Part shown: positions 15,150 to 29,105 of the stretch, one piece after another
Layout: each line of letters begins with the position of its first letter
How positions within the stretch are numbered: position 1 is the stretch's first letter
Assembly: GCF_009914755.1 (NCBI RefSeq)
Contig: NC_060930.1
DNA from: the human T2T-CHM13v2.0 reference genome, Homo sapiens
Length of the DNA: 64,000 nt
Reading direction: 5' to 3' (one strand)
Program-made: the position numbers and the translations under genes
Notes under the pieces: model-generated
Database searches by the model: none
What the model was told of the DNA's origin: nothing
What the model saw: only the letters and a program-made list of their open reading frames with translations

Positions 15150-15575
15150 CGAGGTGCGGTAAAAGGTGGGACTTGACTCCAAAGGTGGGGCTCAGTCACC
15201 AGGCCAGCCTGAGGACTAACTAAAACAGGGCCAGGGCAAAAGCGCTTTCAATCAGTCACGACCACCTGGGAGTTACCACCTCTTTCCATGGCAATGACCC
15301 AATGATTACTCCTTCCCTAGAAATTTCTGCATAAATTACCCCCTAATCTGCATGCAATTAAAAGTGGATATAATTACGACTGCAAAACTGCCCTGAACTG
15401 CTACTCTCTGCCTGCGGAGTAGCCCTCCTCTGCAGGAACAGTCATGAAGCTGACACACTGACTCTTCCATAAAGCTGTTTTCTTCTACCTCTGGCTTGCC
15501 CTTGAATTATTTCCTGGGTGAAGCCAAGAACCCTCGCGGGCTAAGCTCCGCTTTGGGGCTCGCCTACCCTGCATC
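15150..15575 (+). mobile_element. MER41-family ERV1 LTR (C/D-like)
   Basis: GGTGGGACTTGACTCC..GAGGACTAACTAAAACAGGG start and MER41-type end TTTGGGGCTCGCCTACCCTGCATCA. Confidence 0.65.
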
Positions 15576-16352
15576 AGAGGGAGAAGGCCATTTGAAGGGG
15601 GAGCCAGAGACTGGTTTGACGCATCTACAAGCCAAGGAATGTGAAGGATCGCTGGCAAATGCCAGAAGCTGAGAGAGAGAGGCATGGAACAGATTCTCCC
15701 TCAGAGCCTCCAGAAGGAACCAACCCTGTTGACACCATGATTTCAGCCTCCTAGCCTCCAGAACTATGAGAGAATCAATTTCCATGGTTTTAAGCCACCC
15801 AGTTTGTGGTACTCTACTATAGCAGTGCTAGAAAACAGATACAGCCCTTAAATCCTGAGCCTTGTATGTGATGAAGTTACTTCTTTTTCCTTTGCACTTC
15901 CAGGAAACAGGCAAGTATTGTTGAATCACACTGGTGTACCTTTTACATTTTGGCTTATATAACTTAATATTTGTATCTGTAAACATAGGCCTTTATTCTT
16001 CTATACAAGCTCCTATCTCTAAATGAACGTGCCTAGATGGTTTTCTTCAGCCAGGTTTGATGTTAAAAAGAAATTACTCTACCAAAACCAATTATCTTGT
16101 ATAAATATATCTGGACAGCTATTTGGAACTTAAGTATTCTTTTTTTTTTTTTTTTTTTTTTGAATTTCTTGTTTGGAAGAAATGGCATGATACAAATCCA
16201 ACAAGTATATATTCACCAAAGTATATTATAAGTATTTTCCCCTCTATGAAATCAGTGAAGACATTTATACAGGGTGGGAGAAGAATCCTACAAATGCCGC
16301 AGCAATAAGCAGATCAGAATAAACTTCAATTTGATAAAAATACTCAGGGGCG

Positions 16353-16731
<379 letters not shown>

Positions 16732-16950
16732 TTAATAGATGGATAAAATGTGGCTCCAAAATGCGGCCCTGCTTTGGTGATGCGCCCCATCTTACTGGGA
16801 TCAGAGAGTACAACGATGTTTTCAGTGACATTCTCCTCCTGCCATTGGCTAATCAACAACATTTACTAAGTGCTTATTCTGTGCTTATGAAGGTTAATGA
16901 TCATCATTATCATCATGAGATAAATTACGAATATGAGATTTTTCTTTACT

Positions 16951-17260
<310 letters not shown>

Positions 17261-17299
17261 TAGTTTTTCAGGTTTTTTTAGAATAAAAATTTCTCCTTG

Positions 17300-18103
<804 letters not shown>

Positions 18104-18139
18104 GTGTTTGGATTATAAAATAGGCTTTTACTTTCAGAG

Positions 18140-18400
18140 GGCAAGGATGGCGGATCACTTTAGCCAGGAGTTCGAGACCAGCCTGGGCAATGTGGTAAAA
18201 CCCCTACAAAAAACCTCTACGAAAAATGCAAAAATTAGCCCGACATGGTGGCACACGCCTGTAGTTCTGGCTACTCTGGAGGCTGAGGTGGGAGAATCCC
18301 TTGAGCCTAGGAGGTTGAGACTGCAGTGAGCCAAGAGCGCACCACTGCACTGCATCCTGGGCGACAGAGCGAGACACTGTCTCAAAACAACAACAAAAAA
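18140..18400 (+). mobile_element. AluJ (5'-truncated)
   Basis: GGATCACTT..GAGCCTAGGAGGTTGAGACTGCAGTGAGC and A-rich tail. Confidence 0.9.
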
Positions 18401-18414
18401 TACTTTTGTTTTTA

Positions 18415-19650
18415 AAATATGGGTTTTACTATTATTCAGGTACGGCGAGGCCAACAGATGAGGAGAGGACCGCCACTGAAAAAGATTGTTAAACTTTCCG
18501 ATCCCTAGGGGAGGGGGTGCGACACCCAAGGAGGGCCACAGGGGGAGCACCAGCGTCAGTCAGGAGGCAGCAGGAGTGAGGCAAAAACACGGGCAGGGAT
18601 TGGCTGGTTTGAACAATTTCAGTGGACTCTGGGGTGGAGGGACTGTCGTGAAGTGTCTGGTTCCTGGCCCTGTATTGTCCCAAGTATGGAGGAGGTAGAG
18701 GAGGTGGTGGAACGAGCGGGCTCTGGATGAACGTGTTTGCATATGAAAGGCACACTCGAGGGAGAATCCTTTACTGTCGCTAGGAATTGGCTAATCCTGG
18801 GAGGGGCAGTCTCTCCAGGGTCAGCAAGACCCTGTGAAACCGCATTTGCAGAATTACAAATAATGAGAGAAATCTGACATGGCTGACTCCATCTTGCTTC
18901 TAATCTCACAGGCAAAATTGCTTTTTTGCTTATTCTAGCACAGAGGCCATAACTCACGGCTATGGATAACTCATAAGCAATGAGAAGAATTCGGTTTATA
19001 GTTAAACTTGGAGGTCAGGGAAATTAACCCCACTCTTTGTCTGGAGATTGAAGCTGCATTCGTAAGACAAGGTTAGACTTACGGACTTTGCTAATGAATA
19101 GGCAGAGTTAAACAATGACCTGCCATTGCTTAGCTTGTTTTCCTATAAGCTGCTGACTGCCCCAGAGTCATGTAACTGGGGTTCCCGAGTTTTATAACTT
19201 CCCCAATGACTCCTAGATAACAGCACTATTGTGAAACCTAAAAAACTCGTTTTGAGATATTTTCGGTAGACCAAGAGATGCTGCCTGGTCCTGAGACACT
19301 CCTCCCACCCACCCCTCCTGGAAACTGACTCAGTGACATGAAGACAGTTTTAGACACCCCTATGATTTCATCCCCAGCCAATCAATTGTTGCAGTTCCCC
19401 AGCCCTGTGCCTTCCAAAGTACCCTTAATAAACCCTAGCCTCCAAATTCTCAAAGAAATGGGTTGAGAAATTTCTCCCTGTTCTCCTCACCTGGGCGGCC
19501 CAGTGATTATTAATCCCTTTCTTTGCTGCAGTACCTGCTGTTCTCTTTGGAGTATTTATAGGGCAGCGAGCAAGAAGAACCCGTCAGCCTGTGACACCAA
19601 GATGTCAAAACATCAGAATTATAGAAAATTAAAAGGTGTGATTAATACAT
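18415..19650 (-). mobile_element. MER74-like ERVL LTR split by an LTR8-like insertion
   Basis: TAGGAATTGGCTAATCCTGGGAGGGGCAGTC..CCAGGGTCAGCAAG continues after 19595 as CCAAGATGTCAAAACATCAGAA. Similar to 35225-35745 and the reverse complement of 22720-23245. Confidence 0.65.
18835..19595 (+). mobile_element. LTR8-family ERV1 solo LTR
   Basis: TGAAACCGCATTTGCAGAATTA..GACTCCATCTTGCTTCTAA start and GGCAGCGAGCAAGAAGAACCC..TGACA end. Confidence 0.7.
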
Positions 19651-19654
19651 CGGG

Positions 19655-20070
19655 TTTTTAAATTACAAAAATGTTCAAATGGATACAAAAATAGAGACAA
19701 TAGTATAAGGAACTCCATTTACCCATCTTCCAGCTTCAATAATTATCAACAAATCCTGTTTCATCTAGTCCCTACCTACTCTCCATCTTCCTCACCATTG
19801 GATTGTTTTGAAACAAATCCCACATGTCTAATCATTTCATCCATAACTATTTCACTATTCTAAAAGAAAAGGACTTTTTAAACATATAACACTATTACCA
19901 TACATTAAAATTAACAATAACTCTTTACTGTCATCAAATATCCAGTCAGCATTCAAATGTCCTCAGTTACCTTATAATATTTTTCAAAGTTTGCCCAAGT
20001 CAGGATAGAAATAAGATCCATACATTGTATTTCATTGGCATATCACTTGATTCTCTATTAATTTTAAATT
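19655..20070 (-). mobile_element. Old L1M 3' fragment
   Basis: TTACCCATCTTCCAGCTTCAATAATTATCAAC and TTTTGAAACAAATCCC motifs typical of L1MC/ME 3' ends. Confidence 0.55.
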
Positions 20071-20426
20071 CTCTTCCTTAGGGTATTAGGGTAGCAATAT
20101 AAAGAAAAGGTAAGAATCAAGTCTCATCTTATGAGTTTCACCATAGCCTTTTAAATATCACAGCAGAGATAGTAGTTAAAAGTGTTTTGAATCTTAAGCT
20201 TTTGAATATCCTGTTTTTTAAGGATTCAAATATTCATACCATAAACAGCAGATGTGGAGGAATACTTGCTGAGCCATTTTTTTTTCTTTGCCTCAGAGGA
20301 ATTGAAACTATGTGGGAGCTGGGAGAAGGGTCAGAGCTGGATGGGAGAGCAACTGAGTTGGAGAGCGACTGTCCGAGTGGGCTTCAAGCCTGCCTCGGCG
20401 CCTCTCTGATAAGGACCACCAGTGGG

Positions 20427-21695
<1,269 letters not shown>

Positions 21696-22010
21696 TAAGT
21701 TCTTCTCCTGCCAATCAGCTGTGACAGGCATAGAGCAGATAGGTGAGGAACCGATAAAACTTCCTGAGTGAGTGGCAGGGAAAATATCCAAAGTTCCCAG
21801 GCTCTTTCTCAGAGCTTGGCAAGTGCTGAGGGAGGGCCCTGCTGTCCTGGGAGGCCACGTCCTGGGAATAAAGAGCAACCTGCCCAGTGCAAGCACCGGA
21901 GACCAGATGGGAACAAGGGGCTTATTACTCAGTGCTCAATCTTTGCTCTTTAATGGTCTTCTTAAAAGCATTTTTTTCTTTACCATTACAAACATGACAC
22001 CATTTCAGTC

Positions 22011-22702
22011 TGATATGGTTTGTCTCTGTGTCCCCACCCAAATCTCACCTTGAATTGCAATCTGAATTGTAATCCTCTGGTGTTGAGGGGAGGGACCTGG
22101 TGGGAGGTGACTGTTCTCATGATAGTGAGGGAGTTTTCAAGAGAGCTGATGGTTTTATTTATTTTTATTTATTTATTTGTTTGAGATGGAGTCGCGCTCT
22201 GTTGCCCAGGCTGGAATGCAAAGGCGTGATCTCAGCTTACAGCAACCTCCACCTCCCAGGTTCAAGCAATTCTCCTGCCTCAGCTTCCTGAGTTGCTGAG
22301 ATTACAGGCACCCGCCACCATGCCTAGCTAATTTTGTATTTTTAGTAGAGTGGGGGTTTCACCATGTTGGCCAGGCTGGTTTCAAACTCCTGATCTCAGG
22401 TGATCTGCCCACCTCGGCCTCCCAAAGTGCTAGGATTACAGGCGTGAGTCACCGTGCCCAGCCACGAGAGCTGATGGTTTTAGAAGTGTTTGGAAGTTCC
22501 CCCTTCACACTGCTCTCTCCCCTGCTGCCATGTAAGATGTGCTTGCTTCCCTTTTGCCTTCTGCCATGGTTTTAAGTTCTCTGAGGCCTCCTAGCCATGT
22601 TTCCTGTTAAGCCTGTGGAACTGTGAGTCAATTAAACCTCTTTTCTTTATAAATTACCCAGTCTCAGGTATTCTTTATAGCAGTGTGAAAACAGACTAAC
22701 AC
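22011..22702 (+). mobile_element. MST-family MaLR LTR with inserted antisense Alu (22155-22463)
   Basis: TGATATGGTTTG..CCCCACCCAAATCTC start and AATTAAACCTCTTTTCTTTATAAATTACCCAGTCTCAGG end. Alu TSD GAGAGCTGATGGTTTTA. Confidence 0.9.
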
Positions 22703-22719
22703 AAGTCCCATGGTGGCCC

Positions 22720-23245
22720 TGTGTTATTAGCTACATTTTCTTATTTTCTGGCATGTAGGGCCTTGGTCCTGGAGAGGCTGCCCCTCTGGGGCTAGCTAAT
22801 TCCTAGATAGTAAAAGACTCCCAGGAGCATGCTTTTATACAAACCAATCAACCCAGAGCCCACGCCTCCAACCGTCTCCTTTGTCAAACTCTCCAAGCCA
22901 AGCCAATAATCCCCCTGCCCCAAATTACCACTGTACCAGGTACCCAGACAACTAGGGATCATCCCTGTAGGCCAGAGCCCTTTGGAGTTACTCACAGGAT
23001 GCAATCCTAAACTTCCTCTGCATATGTGTGCTGCCTTGCGACAATCCCAATAAAGGCTCCAGGCCATGCTGTAACCTTTGTCCTTCTGCCTCCTCAGGGT
23101 CCCTGGTGCTTCCCTGTGTGGCATGCACACCTCCCATTTCTAGGAATCTGGGAGTAGGAAGTCCTTCCTTCATGACAATCATTTCTCTGTCTGCAGGTCT
23201 CACTATACCTGATTAAAACAAGTCCCAGGTACATTTTAACATACC
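22720..23245 (+). mobile_element. MER74-like ERVL LTR
   Basis: GGGCCTTGGTCCTGGAGAGGCTGCCCCTC..GCTAGCTAATTCCTAGATAGTAAA and AATAAAGGCTC. Confidence 0.6.
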
Positions 23246-23257
23246 CTGTCAGAAGAC

Positions 23258-24049
23258 GCTATGGTCTGAATGTGTGTGCCCCTCAAAACTCCAATGTGAT
23301 AGGATTGGGACGTGATTAGGTTATGAGAGGGGAGCTCTCATGAGTGGGATTATTGCCCTTATAAAAGAGGTCCCAGAGAGATCCCTCACCCCTTCCACCA
23401 AGTGAGGACACAGATAGAAGGCGCCATCTATCAACCAGGAAGCAGGTCCTCACCAGACACTAAACCTGCTTGTGACTTCATCTGAGACTTCCAGCCTCCA
23501 GAAATGTGAGAAATTTTTCTTTCTTTTTCTTTCTCTCTCTTTTCCTTCTTTGTTCTTTTCCTTTCTTCTCTCTCCTTCCTTCCTTCTTTCCTTCCTTCCC
23601 TCCTCCCTTCCTCCCTCCCTCTCCCTCTCCTCCCCTCCTCTTCCCTGCCCTCCACTTCCCTTCCTTCTCTTTTCTTTTTTTTTCTTTCAACAGGATCTCA
23701 CTCCTTTCACCCGGGCTGGAGTACAATGGCATGATCTTGGCTCACTGCAGCCATGACATCCTGGGTTCAGGTGATCTTTCCACCTCAGCCTCCTGAGTAG
23801 CTGGGACCACAGGCACATGCCATCGTAGCCAGCTTATATTTGTATTTTTTGTAGAGATGGGGTCTCCCTATGTTGCCCAGGCTAGCCTCAAATTCCTAGG
23901 CTTAAGTAATCCTCCCACCTCAGCCTCCCAAAGTGCTGGGATTACAGGCATGAGCCATCGCACCTGGTGAAATAAATTTCTGTTGTTTATTGTTTATAAG
24001 CTACCTGGTTTGTGGTATTCTGTTATATCAGCCTGAATGGGCTAAAACA
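23258..24049 (+). mobile_element. MLT1A-like LTR with inserted antisense AluJ and (CCTT)n tail (23515-23968)
   Basis: CTATGGTCTGAATG..GTGAGGACACAG..GGCGCCATCTAT..CTCACCAGACAC..GACTTCCAGCCTCCAGAA. Confidence 0.8.
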
Positions 24050-24681
24050 GAAGGTTTTACTATTCTCATTTAAAGATAGGTTAACTGGAACTTGGAGCAG
24101 TGTAGTATTTGCTAAGCTGGTGAATTATGGAATTGGAATACAAATCCAGATGATTCTCCTACCTTCACCCAGATGCCTAAAGAGGATGGCCTCCGCCATG
24201 TTCTTCATAGATGCTTCCTCTGCTAATCTCATTCTCAAAACTTTGGTGAAGGCCATGTCTTTTGGCCCGCTGAGAGCCACAGTTAGGGGCGGGGCAGCAG
24301 GTATGAGGTGTGATGCATGAGGTCACACATCACTAATCCACTGCACAGTCCCATCTCCCCAAGTCCTCAGGTTCCTTCCTCCAAACCAAGGAATTTCTGG
24401 CCTCTCAACTTCAGTTGGGGGCAACCTCCACTGGATCCAGTTTAGTCCATCCAGTGAGAAAGCAGCAAGAATCCCTCCTAGGTTCATGGACTTCCTAGCA
24501 CCCCGAATCCAGAATCTCAGGTAATCTCGCCACATAGATGACACTGGTTTCATCTAATTACATTCTTCCCTTTTTGGTCTAGCCCCTTAAGGATCTATTC
24601 CCACACCCGTTCTCTAGGGTATTGGAAGGTCCACAAACCGGGCATTTTTTCTGCTGTGAAACTAAACATTGCCTTGGAGCC

Positions 24682-24958
24682 TTTTTTTTTTTTTTTTTGA
24701 GACAGGATCTTGCTCTGTTGCCCAGACTAGGGTGCAGTGGTGCAATCATAGCTCACTCAACCTCCTGGGTTCTGTCTCAGCCTTCTGAGTAGCTAGGACT
24801 TTAGGTGTGTGCCACCATGCCCAGCTATTTTATTTTTTGTAGAGATGGGGGTCTTGCTGTGCTGCTCAGGCTGGTCTCAAAACTCCTGGGCTCAGTTCAT
24901 TCTCCTGCCTTAACCTTCCAAACCGCTAGGATTATAGGTGTGGGCCACTGCACTTTGC
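24682..24958 (-). mobile_element. AluJ
   Basis: Poly(T), GAGACAGGATCTTGCTCTG, diverged body. Confidence 0.9.
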
Positions 24959-25350
24959 CAAATTGTCTTTTGAATTGACCCCCTAGGGACAAAGTAAGAT
25001 CTGACTATCTAGGTTTCGGAGATGAGAGATGGAGGTAGGGGGCATGATGACAGTTGCCAGCTGAGTTTCTTGAAGGTCATTCCAGGGTCCTCAGGCAAGC
25101 CAAGGCCAGCCTCAGAGATGGGATGAAATCTACTTCTTCTAGATGAACTCTAGATGAACTCTAGATGGAGTTTTTTTGAGATTCAAGTACTCTGAATAAC
25201 CAAATTTTTCAACATCCACATTTTAAAAGATTTTTGGAAAATGATTGAGGCTTTTTCTTAGCTCTGTTTAATTTTTACCTTGTGTTATGGCTAATAAAGA
25301 GCTTGCATAGGAAACTACAGCTCTGCCATTTTTTTATTCACTTGTGCTAC

Positions 25351-26866
25351 TGTGTCTGTAATTGGTGGGTTCTTGGTCTCACTGACTTCAGCAAAGACGC
25401 CACAGGCCCTCACAGTGAGTATCACAGTCCTTAAAGGTAGTATGTCTGGAGTTTGTTCCTACCCATGTTCACACGTGTTCAGAGTTCCTTCTTTCTGGTG
25501 GGTTCAATAGTCTTGCTGGCTCAAGAGTGAACCTATAGACCTTCACAGAATTAAACTTTTTAAAACAGGACACCTAGAATTCTTCAGTTATTCATTTTTC
25601 CCTCACGGTCTCACTAGCTTTACTCAAAAACAAAGCAGCAGACCTTCACAGCAAGTATTACAACTAACAAAACGCAGTATGGATCCAAACAGCAGTAGCA
25701 ACATTCATTACAAACAGCAAAGCTTCCACAACACAGAAAAGAACACAAGCAATTACCACTACAGGCTCCGGCAGCCTGCTTTTATTCTCTTATCTGGCCC
25801 CACCCACATCCTGCTGATTGGTAGAGCCGAGTGGTCTGTTTTGACAGGGCGCTGATTGGTGCGTTTACAATCCCTGAGCTAGACACAAAGGTTCTCCACG
25901 TCCCCACCAGAGTAGCTAGATACAGAGTGTGGATTGGTGCATTCACAAACCCTGAGCTAGACACAAGGTGCTGATTGCTGTGTTTACAAAGTTTGAGCTA
26001 GATACAGAGTGCCGATTGGTGTATTTACAATCCCTGAGCTAGATACAAAGGTTCTCCACGTCCCCACCAGAGTAACTAGATACAGAGTGTCGATTGGTGC
26101 ATTCACAAACCCTGAGATAGACACAAGGTGCTGATTGGTGTGTTTACAAACCTTGAGCTAGATACAGAGTGCCGATTGGTGTATTTACAATCCCTGAGCT
26201 AGACATAAAAGTTCTCCACGTCCACACCAGACTCAGGAGCCCAGCTGGCTTCACCCAGTAGATTGTGCACCTGTGCTGCAGGTGGAGTTACCTGCCAGTC
26301 CTGCTCCGTGCGCCTGCACTCCTCAACCCTTAGGGCCCTGGAGCAGAGAGTGTGGCGTTTGTCTAGGAGGCTCAGGGCCGCACAGTGAGCCTGTGGAGTG
26401 GGTGGGAGGGTGAGGCGTGGAAGGCTGTAGGTCCCGAGCCCTGTCCTGCTGGAAGGCAGCTAAGGTTTGGTGAGAAATTAAGCGCAGCGCTGGTGGGCTA
26501 ATACTGCTGGGGGACCCAGTACACTCTCCGCCGCCGTTGGCCTGGGTACCAAGCTTCTCGTTGCCTGGGGCCGGCAGGGCCGGCCGGCTGCTCCGAGTGC
26601 CGGGCCCTGCCAAACCTACGCCCAACCGGAACTCCAGCTGGCCCGCAAGCGCTGCGCGCGGCCCCGGTTCCCGCTCGCGTCTCTCCTTCCACAACTCCCT
26701 GCAAGCTGAGGGAGCCAGCTCCGGCCTTGGCCAGCCCGAAAAGGGGCTCCCAGTGCAGCAGTGGGCTGAAGAGCTCCTCAAGTGCCGCCAAAGTGGGAGC
26801 CCAGGCAGAGGAGGCGCCGAGAGCGAGCAAGGGCTGTGAGGACTGCCAGCACGCTGTCACCTCTCA
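25351..26866 (-). mobile_element. LTR12 (ERV9, LTR12C-like) solo LTR, copy 1
   Basis: Ends TGTGTC..AATTGGTGGGTTCTTGGTCTC and GCTGTCACCTCTCA. Tandem GATTGG (CCAAT) enhancer repeats at 25800-26220. TSD CTAC/CTAA. Confidence 0.95.
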
Positions 26867-26919
26867 CTAACATCATACACATCTTCCACCTGAGGTCTAT
26901 CCATGGGTGTTTTAACTTG

Positions 26920-27290
26920 CCAAGGCTCTGTAACAAAGTACTACAAACTGGGTGGCTTAAATAACAAACTTGTTGTCTCACAGTTCTTGAGGCTGGAAAC
27001 CCAAGATCATAGTGTCAGCAGGGTTGGTTTCTTCTGGGGCCTCTCCTCTTGGCATGTAGATGGCGTCTTCTCCGTGTGCTCTCAAATCATCTTCTCTCTG
27101 TGTGTGTCTGTTTAAATGTCCCCTTCTCATAAGGACACCATCATATTCGATTAGGGCACTCTCATGGCCTTACTTTAACTTGATTACCTCTGTAAAGACC
27201 CTATCTCCAAAATAAGGTCATATTTTGAGGTACTAGGGGGTTAGGACTTGAACATATAAATTTTGAGGAGACAAATTCAATATGTAACAA
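26920..27290 (-). mobile_element. MLT1A/B MaLR LTR
   Basis: TGTAACAAAGTACTACAAACTGGGTGGCTTAAA..TCTCACAGTTCT..AAGACCCTATCTCCAAAATAAGGTCA. Confidence 0.85.
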
Positions 27291-28274
27291 TGGATATCTT
27301 CTTAAGACCCATGTCTATTTAGTGACACCAGTTCCATCTAATTACGTTAGTTTAGGTAACATTAGATATCATAATTCTTAAATTGGGTTAACTAGCACTG
27401 GTAAACTAATTATCAGCAACTCTTTCAAAATAAATGATAGTGGGAGGGGCTGCCACAAATTCTCATTGTAGTGAAATTCCTCCTTTCCCCTCACGGCCCC
27501 TCACCTGCTATATACGGCATATGACCTTAATACGTATGGAGCATGTTGGGGCAGAGTCAAGCTGTATACTAAACATGGGTAATGTTTCATTTCCTATTCT
27601 TTAAGGTAAAAATAAATATTCTAGTTCTAGTGTGTGTGTTTTATTTTAACTTTGGAGACTACTATTTTATTGAAGTGCCTTTCTGTCCAAATAAAACGGT
27701 CTCCAACTGGAAGGAATAAAGGTACATTTTAGAGAGAATGAAAGAGACCTAGCAATCCTTACCACTAAAATAGCTGTCATAGCTATGAATAAGGAAGGTG
27801 TTCCTCCACGTGGAGTGAAGGAGCTGCAACCATTGATTTAAAGGAGACATACCCGTCAAAGAGGCACCAGTGAAGAGCTTCAGCCAGTGGCATGCTTAGC
27901 AAGATGGCCCCGAATCAAAGACATTCCTAATTCAAAAGTCATGTTCCCCCACAACTCCTTGCACAGCTGAACAAGCCTAGGTTGACGTATATTTGTACAT
28001 CACTTTATTAATAACAAAATAGTCGTTAGATGAAATAAAACATTTATTACATGAACAAACTTTAAAACTTCAAACCTAAAATCAACAAGATAAATGCAAT
28101 ATTCTGCTAATGCAACAATGGATTTTGATATTACTTGACATTAACAGAATAACAATAATTTCTTCAATATCCTTTTTTCCCAGCTCTTTGAGGTTGTATG
28201 CCTTGAGGTGCTAACTCTGTTTTTGGCTATTGCCCTGTAGGATAGGTTTATGAAACGGTTTTGAATTGTCTGTA

Positions 28275-28765
<491 letters not shown>

Positions 28766-28799
28766 CTGAAGCACTTGTCTGTTTTCTTTATTTGTAATG

Positions 28800-29105
28800 A
28801 TTTTTTTGTTTGTTTCTTTTTGAGATGGAGTCTCACTTGGCCGTCCAGGCTAGAGTGCAGTGGTGCAGTCTTGGCTCACTGCAACCTCCTTCTCCTGGGT
28901 TGAAGCAATTCTCCCTGCCTCAGCCTCCTGAATAGCTGGGATTACAGGTGCCTGCCACCATGCCTGGCTAATTTTTGTATTTTTTTAGTAGAGATGGGGT
29001 TTCACCATGTTGGCCAGGCTGGTCTTGAACTCCTGACCTCAGTTGATCCACCTGCCTGGGCCTCCCAAACTGCTGGAATTACAGGCGTGAGCCACCACAC
29101 CCGGA
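28800..29105 (-). mobile_element. AluS
   Basis: Full antisense Alu with TSD TGTAATGATTTTT. Confidence 0.95.

Larger units (their letters stand above)
14635..15843 (+). mobile_element. MLT1B/C MaLR LTR interrupted by an Alu and a MER41-like LTR
   Basis: GAATGTGACCTTATTTG, GATTCTCCCTCAGAGCCTCCAGAAGGAACCAACCCTG and TTTAAGCCACCCAGTTTGTGGTA. Confidence 0.8.

Noticed and set aside
15150-15575. MER41 as an interferon-inducible STAT1 enhancer
   Set aside because: The tandem TTCCGGGAA-type GAS sites known from MER41B are not seen in this copy
25138-25168. TCTAGATGAAC x3 short tandem repeat
   Set aside because: Ordinary slippage repeat with no further structure
25800-26220. Regularly spaced repeats resembling a CRISPR array (also 32200-32630, 42820-43390)
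   Set aside because: These are LTR12 CCAAT-box enhancer repeats with no unique spacers and no cas genes, in a mammalian context
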